Below are positions 1 to 11,868 of a DNA stretch of 64,000 nucleotides, in pieces. Where the stretch lies: contig MU058531.1 in assembly GCA_013265495.1 (NCBI GenBank), forward strand, positions 2,914,911 to 2,978,910. Reading direction: 5' to 3'. This DNA is from Vicugna vicugna (Eukaryota). The notes under the pieces were generated by a model, which had not been told where the DNA came from, ran no database searches, and worked only from the letters and a program-made list of their open reading frames with translations. How positions within the stretch are numbered: the first letter of the stretch is position 1; each line of letters opens with the position of its first letter. A program made the position numbers and the translations under genes.

Positions 1-819
1 TGAATGAATCAGGCACTTTGGTCTATTCAGTAGTGTTCACCAAAATGCCCTTCTTAAACAAAAATGCAAACCATATCCATGGCCCATCCATCATTTAATC
101 ATTCATTCACTCAGTCAGCCAAGCATTTATTGGTTTTCCAAGTGCTGAGCTTGGCAGTCAGGTTACACAGTTGAAACGTACTGCTGAAGAAGTACTTTCT
201 CTAAGAAACTGTACATTCCTCATGTAATAATTAGATTAGTCTTCTCTTGGGGAATTTAGTATATTCAGCTCTAAGTTACAGCTATTCACGTTTATATCTT
301 TCATGCAGAAATAAATTTCTACTGAAATACAAGCTCCTTGGTGGCAAACAATGCCTTTCTCAGCTCTGCATGCCCCACAGACAGGTGTCAATAAATGTTT
401 TCTGACCTGGATTGAACTGAATTTCAAGTAAATTGACTTTGGTGTTTGTGGAATGAAATAAATTTGATGCGGCCAAGTCTGGCTATAAATGATTTTCTTG
501 CACTTCTAGCATTGGACAAAGTAGCAATTTTAACAGATGGTTCTTCAAAAATAGATGTGAGGTTTTTTAAATAGTTTATTCCAGCCGTGGAGCTAACTGA
601 CATCTGGTGAATAAAGCGGCCAAAGTAACAGGTTTTCAGGAGGGCAAGCCTGTGTCTGGGTCAGCTACCCCTGTCATGGGAAGAGTCTCAGACGTGGGCC
701 AGTGAATGGGGTTCCTTTGCCAGCACACATCTTCAGTCAAGGCACCAATGCTTCAGGGTCTGTAACCTTTGTCATTTTGATGTAAGAGCTCCAGGAAAGC
801 ATTCCTTAAAAATGAACCC

Positions 820-1052
820 CTTAGACACCACACCAAAGACATGATCCATGAAAGAAATCATTGATAAACTGGACTTCATTAAAGCTAAATACTTCTGCTC
901 CGTGAAAGAGAATGACAAGACAAGCCACAGGCTGAGAGAAAATGTTTGCAAGAGACACATGTGACAAAGGACTGTTATCTGTTTTCTCAATTATTATTCT
1001 AAAGCCTCATCTGAATACTTCTGATGTTAAATGTACTTTATAGGGACCAAAA

Positions 1053-1083
<31 letters not shown>

Positions 1084-1975
1084 CTGTTATCCAAAATATA
1101 CAAACAACTCTTAAAACTCAACAATAAGATAATAATGACCTGATTATAAAATGGACCAAACATCTTGACACCTTACCAAAGAAGACATACAGATGGCAAA
1201 TAACTATATGAAAAGATGTTCCACATCATCCTCACCAGGAAAACACAAATTAAAACAATGAGATATCATCACACGCATATTAGAATGATCAAAACCCAAA
1301 ACACGGACAACACCAAATACTGGTGAGGATGTGGAGCAACAGGAACGCTCATTCATTTCTGGTGGGAACAGAAACTGGTACGGCCACTTTGGAAGACAGT
1401 CTGGTGGTTTCTTACAGATGAAACATACTCTTAACCTACCATTCAGCTACCTACATTCCTTGGTATTTGTCCAAAAGAGTTGAAAACTTACATCCACACA
1501 AAAACCTGCACATGGATATTTATAGCAGCTTTACTTCATAATTGCCAAATATGGAGGCAACCAAGATGTCCTGTGAATAAACTGTGGTGCAATCAGACAA
1601 TGGAGTATTATTCAGCCCTAAAAAAGAGCTACCAAGTCATGAAAAGACAGGAAGGAACCTTAAATGCATACTACAAGTCAAAGAAGCCAATCTGAAAACA
1701 CTGCATATGGTATGATTCCAACTCTGTGACATTCCAGAAAAGGCAAAACTAAGGAGACAATAAAAAGATCAGTGGTTACCAAAGGGGAGGGAGGGAGGGG
1801 TAAGAGAAAGATGAATATGCAAAGCAAGGAGGATTTTTAGGGCAATGAAAATACCCTGTATGATATTATAATGATACATATACACCATTATACATCTGTC
1901 CAAACTTGTGGAATGTACAGCACCAAACGTGAACTCTAAGGGTAAACTACAGACTTTGAGCAATTATGATGCAAA
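820..1975 (+). mobile_element. Old L1 fragment (ORF2 3' end plus L1MC/L1MD-type 3'UTR)
   Basis: Typical L1 motifs (aaactggacttcattaaa, ggtgaggatgtggagcaacaggaac, aagaagccaatctgaaaa); decayed ORF2-like peptide in ORF 1480..1695. Confidence 0.85.
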
Positions 1976-3599
1976 ATTCCTCTCAATTTTGTGGTAAACT
2001 GCTCTTAAAAAAGAATCTTTAAAACACCCATGAACCTATCAAGTATTCAGTTCCCATGATCTATGGTCATAATTAGTCTCTTCAACTTGCAGAGGTGAAG
2101 TTCTCCTGAAAAGCTTCACTTTGTGTTCTATCATTAATATTTCCAATTTCTTCTCTGCAGAACCCATGATGTGGGTGGTAACCTTTAAAAATCAGTATCC
2201 ATAGTCATGAACAGTGGTTATCTCAGGAGGATGGGACTGTGAGAGATTTGTACTTTCTTGTGTCTTATAATTCCTATGATGTTTACATTTTTACAAGTAG
2301 ATATTGCTTTTGAACTAAGAAAAATCAACAGGTTCATGTTTTAAAATTTGAAAAGATCTGTATAAATTAGAGGGAGCGGACTCATGACTTTCATATAAAA
2401 TGGTAAGGTTTTTAAAGTCAATTCAAGAGAGGTAAAAAAACAAATTCTGGGCCACATATGCTGTTTATGTTAAGATGTGCATTGGTAGGAGGTGTGGCCT
2501 CCTTGCTGTTACTTCTCTGTCTCAGGTTTGTTGGACTTATTTCCCCCCAAAACTATACGTTTTTTGAGGTTTTTTCCTAGTGTCTTCCCAAGTATGGAGT
2601 CGCATTAAGAACTCAAAGATATCTTTGCTTGGTTGAATTGAATTGCCATGTTAAGACAAAAGTTTTCTCTTAAAACATCCAGATAATCTAGGGCATTGAA
2701 AGATTTTTTTTTAAATGCTGAAGAAAAGTTTCTTTAAGTCAGATTATGAACTCAACACTCAGAAAGCCACTCTTGATCCAGCCGGTGGTGGTAAATGTTA
2801 ACCTTACACAACAAAGAGGGCACTTCCAAATCAAAGAAACCTGTTCATTCATTAAAGAAAGAAATCTCACTTTGGCATTTCACACTTAAACACAAAATTG
2901 CCCTGTGGACACAGCTCATTTGCAGGCCAGCACTTGGTGACAGTCTTTGTTTGAAATCCAGATAAAAGGAACCCAAGTTCTGGCTCACTTCCTCCCTCCA
3001 TCCAGCAGTATCAGGATTAGAAAGAACCTCTGAGGCCAATTTTGGAACTGCTGGGAGTTAGCTTCCTAAGAGGCTGGGAGAGCTCTCCACCCAAGAGGCA
3101 CTGGTGGAGTGCTGGTTCTGCCAAGACAACCCACCAAGTGAGGAGAAAGAGACTCAGGCGAAGGGAGCCTTGATGCTACAGCTTTCTCCCCAGTGGGTTC
3201 AAAAGTTCAGGAGTTGGTACTTTTCCCATTTCTAAGGAAGCAGTCTTTGCTCCAGGGAAATTGCATGTTTTCTGAGCTTGGGCTCACAAGGGTCCTTCTC
3301 AGGAGATGGGACCTCCCCCTACACTCTCAACAGCTTGACAAATCGCTTATTCTCAAAATCTTCCTGGTACACCAGGACACAACCCTTTTTTTTTTGAAGA
3401 CTTTTTTTTTTAAAAAAGCATTTAGTCATCTCAACATGACTCTGAGCCAAGCCAGATCATTCTTTTCTAATAGCTCTGCTTTTTAGAGGAAATAATTTGA
3501 ATGTTTGCACAGACTGTGCCTCTCAACTGAGCTCATGACTACAAGCGACTTGGAATTGCTTTTGTAATAATAGTAATAATAATAATAGTAATAGCTACC

Positions 3600-3790
3600 A
3601 CGAAGCATTATCTCATTTAATACTTGCAACCACTTTATGATGTACGGTGCTACTCTCCTCCCCACCTTACAGTAAAGAAAGCTGAGATGCAGAGAGGTTA
3701 AGTGACTTACCCAAGGTCGCATGACTAATAACAATAGACACAGAATCCAACCGAGGCCAGTCTGACCCCAAAGCCCTTGCTCTTATTCAC
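3600..3790 (-). mobile_element. MIR SINE
   Basis: Reverse MIR core gagaggttaagtgacttacccaaggtc. Confidence 0.8.
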
Positions 3791-4129
3791 AATGTTACAC
3801 CTTCAGGGAAAAAAAAGTCTTGTCTCCTAACCTGGACTAAGAGTTCCTGGAGGGCAGGAGCTGTGTTTAAAAGAATTTACCATCCCCAGCACTGCAGCAT
3901 CAAGCGACAGGTCAGAAAACTCAGCAACCAATTTCTTCACTCCATAAATACTAAGAAATTGTGTGGTACCAGTTCACCATAAACTGTAAGTTTCCCCATT
4001 TTACTTGAATGAACCAGTGTTATTTTTTATCCTAAAGGCCCAGCTGAAGGCGTACTACAAAAAGGCTCATTTAACATTTGGACTCTTGAAATGGAAAACT
4101 CATGATGAAACTGTCTTTTATCTATCAGT

Positions 4130-4605
4130 ATACAGGGTTGAAGAGTGTCATCCCAAGAGTCATGCTCATCTGTAACCTCAGAACGTGACCTTATTTGGAA
4201 ATAGGGTCTTTGTAGACGTAATCAAATTAACATGAGATCGCACTGGATTAGGGTGGGCCCAATCCAATGACTGGTGTCCCTATGAGAGGTGAGAAATGTG
4301 GACACAGACACAGAGAGACAGCACCATGTGAAGACAGAGACATACAGGGAGAACACTGTGTGATGACAGAGGTAGAGAGCAGAGTGATGGGTCTACAAGC
4401 CAAGGGACACTGAGGATTGCCCGCGACCGCCTCCTAACAGGAAGAGGCAGAGAACAGACTTTCCCTGAGCGCCTAGAAGGAAGCAACCATTGACACTCTG
4501 ATTTCAGACGTCTAGCCTCCAGGACGGTGAGAGGATAAATTTCTACCATTTGAGCCACCTGGTTTGTGGTACTTTTCTTACAGCCGCCTTATGAAACTAA
4601 TAAAC
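4130..4605 (+). mobile_element. MaLR solo LTR, MLT1 (MLT1C-like)
   Basis: gtgaccttatttggaaatagggtctttg ... ggattagggtgggccc ... tttgtggtactttt...aaactaata. Confidence 0.85.
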
Positions 4606-6127
4606 AGGATCTGGCTTAGGAAAAACATCAGTGTAAGAAAAGGCATCCTGATCCTCCCCATTCAGAGGCCACACCAGATAGCCCACCACTGGGGGCTGCC
4701 TTTTTCAGGCCTGAAAGGACCTAGTGTCCTTCCCAGGCCAATGCAAGTGCTGGTGATGGCCAGCATCGGCAGAGGGGCGGGAAGGAAGTGGGTGGGACCA
4801 CTCAGTTCAGCCCCTGATGGAGCGTTGTTCGGGACTGCATGGGTTACTCTGTGTCAGATTTGTCGTCCCTGCTGTGGCAGCAAAGGGAGCCAGGGACATT
4901 CTCAAGCCACTGCAGGGCCCTTGTGGGGCCAGGAGAGTCCAAGGACTGAGCAGCCTGCCCGTGGTGCTGCTGCGCAGAGGGGGAAGGCAAAGTGCTGATG
5001 TGCTGGTCTGTGTCAGCCCCAACTGTCCCCAACGAAGAAGGGGCCAGCTGACCCAAGCTGGACACTCACAACTACCAGGTCAAGAAACAGTTTCAAACCT
5101 TAGTATCGGGCTATCTGCAGAGTGGGTGAATGGAGGCAGTGGCTGGGACGAGGCTGAGGCAGACAGAAGTCAGACAGAAGAGGGCAGCGACATCACAGGG
5201 CAGAAAGGAGGTGCCATGAAGACCCCTCAGGCGGCCTCAGAGAAATACAGAGAGGACAGGCCCTAAGGAGCCAAGCCTGGTGGGAACAAAGGCCAGGCAC
5301 CCACCCAGGAGGGAGAATTTCAAGGCAGCAGGTGAGTATAGCAGGATGAGGGGGTCCAAGGCTGGGGAAGTGGGGGCGTCTGGGGACGTGGCTCCAGGCA
5401 GAGGAAGGCACAGACATGTTTAGCATCACGTCACCCTGTAAAGAGGCTAAGAGGAGGTCGAACTCAGCTTTATGAAAGGCCTGACTGTGATAGACTTCCC
5501 TCCACCTGCGGCCCAAAACCTAGCCCGAGCCAAGCCCCAGCCCATCCAGAGCGGCACCTGGTGGCCCTGAGTGACCCCCAACACGCGTCAGGGAGCAAGG
5601 AGCACAAGGTGGGATATGCAGAGAGCAGCACTTGGTTGAAGGACCGAGGAGCTGTTCAGAGGCTGAGAGGGGGTCGGGACAAGGGAGAGAGAGGCTCCAA
5701 TCCAAGGGCAACAACCAGGAGACTGATGCTGAGTGCACAGCCTGCTGCTTTAGGAGTGAAGAGACATGTGAGGAGGGCAGAGGTCACTCCTGAGACTCAC
5801 AACCAGGTAACACCGTGTGAGGTGGAAGCCACAAAGCTGAAGCAAAGCCTGGCCTGGGACCTTCTGCTGGAGTCTGTGTGCTGGACAGGCTCACATGAGG
5901 CTGCTCAGGAAGGGACTGTCTTGCTGTCCCCTTGGCCTTGAAGGACATTTTGTAGACTCTTGTAATGTCCCAACACAGGACAGCTCCACCTGCCTCACAG
6001 GGCCCTGTCTAGGTGGTCAGAGAGCTACAGACGATACAGTGACAAAGAAAGCTTTCTTGGACAGTCCTCATGTGTCTGTAGTAGATGCCCTCAGGTATAG
6101 GCTGGGCCTTCAGAAGGGTCAGCTTAC

Positions 6128-6215
6128 CTCCCATGCCCGACATGCTGGTCCCGCTGGGGTCATTTGGATGCGGAGCAGAAGGTGGTTCATAGCCAATCAC
6201 CAAGTCAATGGTGGC
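6128..6215 (-). CDS. MYOF: Myoferlin coding exon 5 (ATIDLVIGYEPPSAPHPNDPSGTSMSGMG + G), end of C2A and linker
   Basis: Acceptor cttccacccag|, 88 nt, donor GAG|gtaagc; the peptide is visible in ORF 6009..6203. Later exons lie outside the window. Confidence 0.95.
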
Positions 6216-7173
6216 CTGGGTGGAAGCAATTCATGGCAGACAGGATCAGTGCAGGGCATCAAAATGCAATGGACTCAACACAAACCAATTCAGCAGAAGG
6301 AAAAGTTCTAGAAGGGGTGAGCAGAGGGATGGGAAAGCCAGAGAGAGAGACAGAGAAGGATGACACCTCCACTGTTTATATCTTCCCATGTGTGAGCCCA
6401 GGTGCAGTGGGAGCGCCTGGAAAGCAGTTACCTGGTACAGGCTGCCAAGTGTATCACTGCTCATAAACTGGAGGAAAGTTGCAACAAGCAAGCATGAACT
6501 TGCAAAGAACCTCCTTCCTAGGATGGAGATCCTCTCACAGAATTACAGTCACAGAGGCTCATTTTAAGTGATTGACTTATCTGTTTTATTTTGTATTAAT
6601 TGCCAAAACTGATTTTCACACTTGTCTCTAAAAAGAATGTTAAGTGACTAGCAAAGTTACAGAACAATGTGATTCATAAAATAGGGTTTAAATAGGGAAC
6701 CAAGTCTGAGTAAAGAGGAAACAAATATGCAAATCATGCAGCTGAAGGTAAGTGTCAGCCCTCCTGCGTGAAATGTGCCCCCAAGATGGCTGAGAGCCAG
6801 GGCAAGGAGATCAGAGAATGTCATGCAGCTTTCATGATCAGAAAGGAAGAAACATACTAGTTCTTTATAGGAGATAAGGTTATTCCCATTTTAAAAATCT
6901 AAGTTGAATTGCTCACATGGGCATTATTCTAGGGTAGAGTTTCTTAAACGTTTATATTTCGACGTGACAAAATTTCAAAAAAGTTCGCTACAGGGGACTC
7001 AACACAGGGTCACCGACTTTCATTTTGCCAAACACATGCCCATAACTACCATCTACTGATAGGATCATTTTATAAAATAAAGGGCTTTTAAGAGCAAAAA
7101 TGTGGAAGGACAAACAGAATAAACAGAGTCCTTTGAAAATAAGGACCCCACCCCCACCCCCACCTCCCCCACC

Positions 7174-7300
7174 CAAGTTACCAGATAAAATACAAGACAT
7201 AACATTTGGGACATACTGATACTGAAAAATCATTCATTGTTTATTTGAAATTCAAGTTTAAATGGGCATCCTACGCTTTCACTTGCGACTTTTGCTACAT
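7174..7300. mobile_element. MER53-like hAT MITE fragment
   Basis: ttaccagataaaataca...atttgggacatact...tgaaattcaagtttaaatgggcatcct. Confidence 0.7.
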
Positions 7301-8438
7301 GTGATACACACACGCACACACCCCCGACCCCTATATTGTCCTTGTTTTCCCCACCTGTCTGCTCATCAGTGAATACTCCCTCATAGATCAGCACATTCTG
7401 TGCCAGCTTAGGAACTATGACCTGGGAGACGCTGAACAGGATAATAAATGACGCCCCCACAGCAGATTCTTGGCAGAGAATCGTAAGAGCAGCATCTCAC
7501 GGCTACAACCAGGCCATGAAAAGAGCACTGAATGCAAAGATCATGGAGGGTTCAAATGACAAACGTAATCAAAGAATCAAACTTTCAAACCAGGGCCCCC
7601 TAACAGGGATGAGGAGATACCAGGGGGCCAGGACTTGAGGTCCTTACTCCATTCAATCACCATAGTTCTGCCATTTCAGGGTCTACATATGCTCTTTTCT
7701 GCTTTAAAGAGGAAAAAAAAAATTGCCAGAAAAATCACTGACTTGTACCACCTTTACTTAGCATCATTTCTCTCAGCCAGGTTTTGGGTAGAGAGATGAC
7801 AGCCAACGTTCCGAATTTACATTTAAGATTAGAATGCTAATTCACAGCCAACTTGTAAGTTTTGGATATTGGACCAGCAAAATTGACATTCCTAGTGGGC
7901 ACTGATGAGTGCTTGCCTACAGGGAAGGCCTCTTGAGGTTTAAGTTTTCTCCCTTTGCCCAGGCTCCCGAGTGAAATAAATCATTTGGAAAATTAAAGGA
8001 TCAGAGGTTAATGGGACAAGCATGGTAGCTTTATAGTGCTTGTTAGCAATCATAAGAAATCTGAGAGCTGTGATGCTTGAGTCAATTTTTTTTAAAAGCA
8101 CACTTGAAAAAGAGTCTCTCCCTTTTAGTCTTATTTCAGACAATATCAAGATGTACTTATTTAGAAAGGCTATGATCAGAAAACATTCAGCTGCCAATGC
8201 AATAATACAGATTGTGATATTAACATCATAATATTCCAAGGTAATATTAATGAATTATCTTCAGTGCAATGTTTCAAAGAGTGTCTGACACACAGAGCTA
8301 TGCTCACCACACAATTGTTAACCCCCAAGTGAATATGAACAAAGCTGTACCAAGAGAGGGACCTACTCTCTTCACAGCATTCTGCCCCAGAAAATCACTA
8401 TTCTGTGATGAGAGTACAAGATAAGGTGATACCATTTG

Positions 8439-8440
<2 letters not shown>

Positions 8441-8483
<43 letters not shown>
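8441..8483. repeat. (TG)n microsatellite, ~21 units, in MYOF intron 4
   Basis: Directly visible. Confidence 0.95.
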
Positions 8484-8485
<2 letters not shown>

Positions 8486-8575
8486 CAAGCTAAATATAAT
8501 TTCATACTCCTTTCCTATTGAATCTTTGCTTAACCACCTCATTTCCAAGCCATTCAACAAGAGGGGAAAGCTCAC

Positions 8576-8684
8576 CCCAGTCTCTTGCCCCTTCTCGTTC
8601 AGCAGCGAGATCAGTTTGTAGGGCAGTGATCTGCTCTGGTCCCCAGTCAGGTCCTTCAGGGATACGGTTGCCGTGCCAATTAAT
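8576..8684 (-). CDS. MYOF: Myoferlin coding exon 4 ((K)LIGTATVSLKDLTGDQSRSLPYKLISLLNEKGQETG)
   Basis: Acceptor ctcctgcag|, 109 nt, donor GGG|gtgagc; the peptide is visible inside ORF 8372..8752. Confidence 0.96.
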
Positions 8685-9239
8685 CTGCAGGAGAAACAAG
8701 AAAGCGCACAGTAACCTACATAAGAGACATGTTTCCATTTACTCCTATTCATCTGTTATCATTAAAATGACTCATAACAAAATGTGGGCCATTCTATGCT
8801 CTCCCCAGTGGGTATTTTGGCTGTAAACATCTCATATCAGCCATCACTTCTCCACAAGTAGTCATTTCAAGAGCCAAACTTTGGTGCCTGTGAAATTTCA
8901 TGTCATGAATGAGGTCAATGGGTGAGAGGGAAAGATTGAATACAGTCCCCCAGAATCTAGGAAGAGAGAAAAGTAGGACAAAATTCAAGTATTCCTCTGT
9001 AACGGAAATTTAAAAGAACCCATAAAACACTGCCCACTGTAAAAATGCCTCCCCAAAGGAGAACTTCTTGAAGTGTAAGTAGGCTTCCAGCTTACTGATG
9101 GGGCAATTTGCTAACCCATAATCTCTGGAGCAGTATTCGAAAGCTGGATGTGTACACGTCTCTCTCTTCCTGGACCCTGAGGGATTATATTCAGCCTCTA
9201 CCACTTACCCATCTACCTCTTTTGTTGTTGTTATATTCA

Positions 9240-9870
9240 TTTGCTTTATTTTTTAGACCCCACAGATAGGTGACAGCATACAGTATTTGTCTTTCTCTGT
9301 CTGACTTATTTCACAAAGTATAATACCCTCCAGGTCCATCCAGGTTGTTGCAAATGTCAAAATGTCATTCTTTTTTATGGCTGAGTAACATTCCATTCAT
9401 TATATATACACCACATTTTCTTTATCCACCTCCAGGTCCATCCAGGTTGTTGCAAATGTCAAAATGTCATTCTTTTTTATGGCTGAATAACATTCCATTC
9501 ATTATATATACACCACATCTTCTTTATCCAGTCATCTGTTGATGGATACCTAGGTTGCTTCCATATCTTGACAATTGTAAACAATGCTGCTACAAACATT
9601 GGGGTGCATGTATCTTTTCGAGTTAGTGTTTTTGTTTTCTTCAGATAAATACCCAGAAATGGAATTGCTGGATTATATGGCAGTTCTACTTTTAGTTTTT
9701 TGAGAACCTCCATACTGTTTTCTATAGTATCTCTGCCAATTTACATTCCCACCAACATTGTACAAAAGGTCCCCTTTTCTCCACATCCTCGCCAACATGT
9801 GTCGTTTGTGGCCTTTTCACTGATAGCCATTCTGACAGGTGTGAGAGAATATCTCATTGTGGTTTGACCA
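9240..9870 (-). mobile_element. L1 3' fragment (L1MA-like) containing an internal 102-bp tandem duplication
   Basis: ORF2 C-terminal-like peptide ELPYNPAIPFLGIY...TCTPMFVAALFTI (ORF 9477..9713) and L1 3'UTR motifs. Confidence 0.9.
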
Positions 9871-11699
9871 TTTACCTCTCAGTGCACATAACATATTGGT
9901 ACAGAGGTACCCTGTGTCCCTGCTTACTAGAGTGAAGCTCCCAAAAGGCAGGGCTGCTCCCTGTCCTGTCCCCTCCTCCAACCCCAGTGCTTGGAACATA
10001 GTTCACTTATTAATAGATATTTAGTGAGTGAAGGAAAGAATAATTCTACATATATTGAGCATGAATACCCAAAATACTTCCATAGTTAGGGCATGTGATC
10101 AAAAAAATTTGTTGAATACACTTCCCCAGGGAGTTAGTCAATGTAAAAATGTAACCTGTGGGATACAGTCTGTAAATTGGGGGTTATAACAAGTAACAAG
10201 GTAAGAGAGTGGGTGAACTGAAGGAATTCTCTTTGTGAAATGCAATCAAAAAGGAAAGAGAGCCCCGGGGTGTGTTCGCAGTATGGATACTAAAAAAGGA
10301 AAAAAGAAATAGGAAGAATTTTTAAATGTTATTTTCTTATACCGTGTCTACATTGGCAGCGACTTATACTAACTCATAGCGGATATGATAGCATATCATA
10401 ACATTAGCATAAAAACAGAAAACTAAGTATCAAGTCCTCCAAGTGATAGAAGAGATTCCTTCTATCAAAAACCCACAGTGATGAAATCATAGTTGAGCAT
10501 AAAAATAGCTCTGGACTCTCAGGCAAAAATAATAATTGGGAAAGTTCACCTTGTGGAGAAATATTCATTTTAATTTTAAAATGTTGCACATTTTCTTTTA
10601 AAATCAGGAAGTGAAAGCTGATGTCAACATGGACACATTATTTTTGAACTGACATATATCTGTATTCTCCTCCCCCACTCAGACCTCAGAAGTCAGACCA
10701 CACTGTAGACCTGGGGTCTGCCATCCAATCACATACATCCAGTGACTCAACAGTATGAGTAAGTGATTTCACTTTCTGTGAATAGACATACTTTACTGCA
10801 CAATACCAGAAAATTGCTACAGAGCCCTGTCTCGCCCAGTTTACCCAATGATGTGAACCAATGCACATGGCTTCTTGGAAGAAGAAACACACCATCTTGG
10901 ACAGGCCACCACACAAGATGCTCAACACTGTGATGGATTCTCATCCCTTCTAATAGCACAAGCAGGGTCAGTTATTGGTAATGGAAAAGAAAACTTCTGC
11001 CTCCAGAGGATTAAAAGTGAATTTTTCAGCCCTTCTAGGTCAATATGGAAATTAGGTCTCTCAGTCAGTGCTGAGAATTGACAGGATTTTACAGAGTAAT
11101 TTTTCAAACGCATGTATGTTCACTTGTTACGTTTGTTAGATTTTTCTTTACACGAATATGTTTTCTTCTCACTTGGATTTTTATTCCCCTGACATATTGA
11201 GAACAAGAGTCTGGTCATGACTCCATCCCCACCTGATGAAACAGGGAAACCTCCCACACACGGTGAGAGTCTTTGGCAAAATCTCTGCCACTTCTCCCTC
11301 AGCCCCACATGGTGTGAGCCTGAGGAGAATGTCTTTCCATATTTTAAAAAGAAAACAGTAGGCCAACGGGTTGACTAATTCAGTTTTTTAAAATAAGAAC
11401 AAAATGTGAAAACGCAGGTTTAAAAGTTATCTGACTGGTATTAAATGTCTAAATGAGGTACTCGCTTTGAAATATATGGAAACACACTGGATTTTATTCC
11501 TCATATTTCTGTGACTCATAACCTAACTTTATGATTAAAAGAATAACACTCTACCCTTGAACATGGACCGACTTTTGCTAAAGTCAAGATGACCTGAGTC
11601 TCTATCAATAATAAAAACTTCTTAGAACAACAACAAAATACAGCATGCCAGGACAACACAGAAGTGAAAAGAGGCCTGGGCTGGGGTTGGACCTGCATT

Positions 11700-11868
11700 T
11701 ATCAAGCTCAGCACTACTGACATTTTGCACTGGATAATTCTTTGTTTTGGGGGCTGTCCTGTGCCTTGTCAGATGTTCAGTAGCATCTCTGGCCTCTACC
11801 CACTAGCATCTCTACACATTGTCAGTTATCCCCAGATAGGCAAAATCACCCCAGTTTGAGAACTGCTG
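11700..11868 (+). mobile_element. MER20 hAT-Charlie DNA transposon relic
   Basis: cactactgacatttt...gataattctttg...ggctgtcctgtgc...ggcctctacccactag...tttgagaactgctg. Confidence 0.8.

Noticed and set aside
4564..6000. Cluster of 100-149 aa ORFs as possible MYOF exon 6 or a nested gene
   Set aside because: None resembles the acidic linker expected after exon 5; exon 6 appears to lie beyond the window edge.
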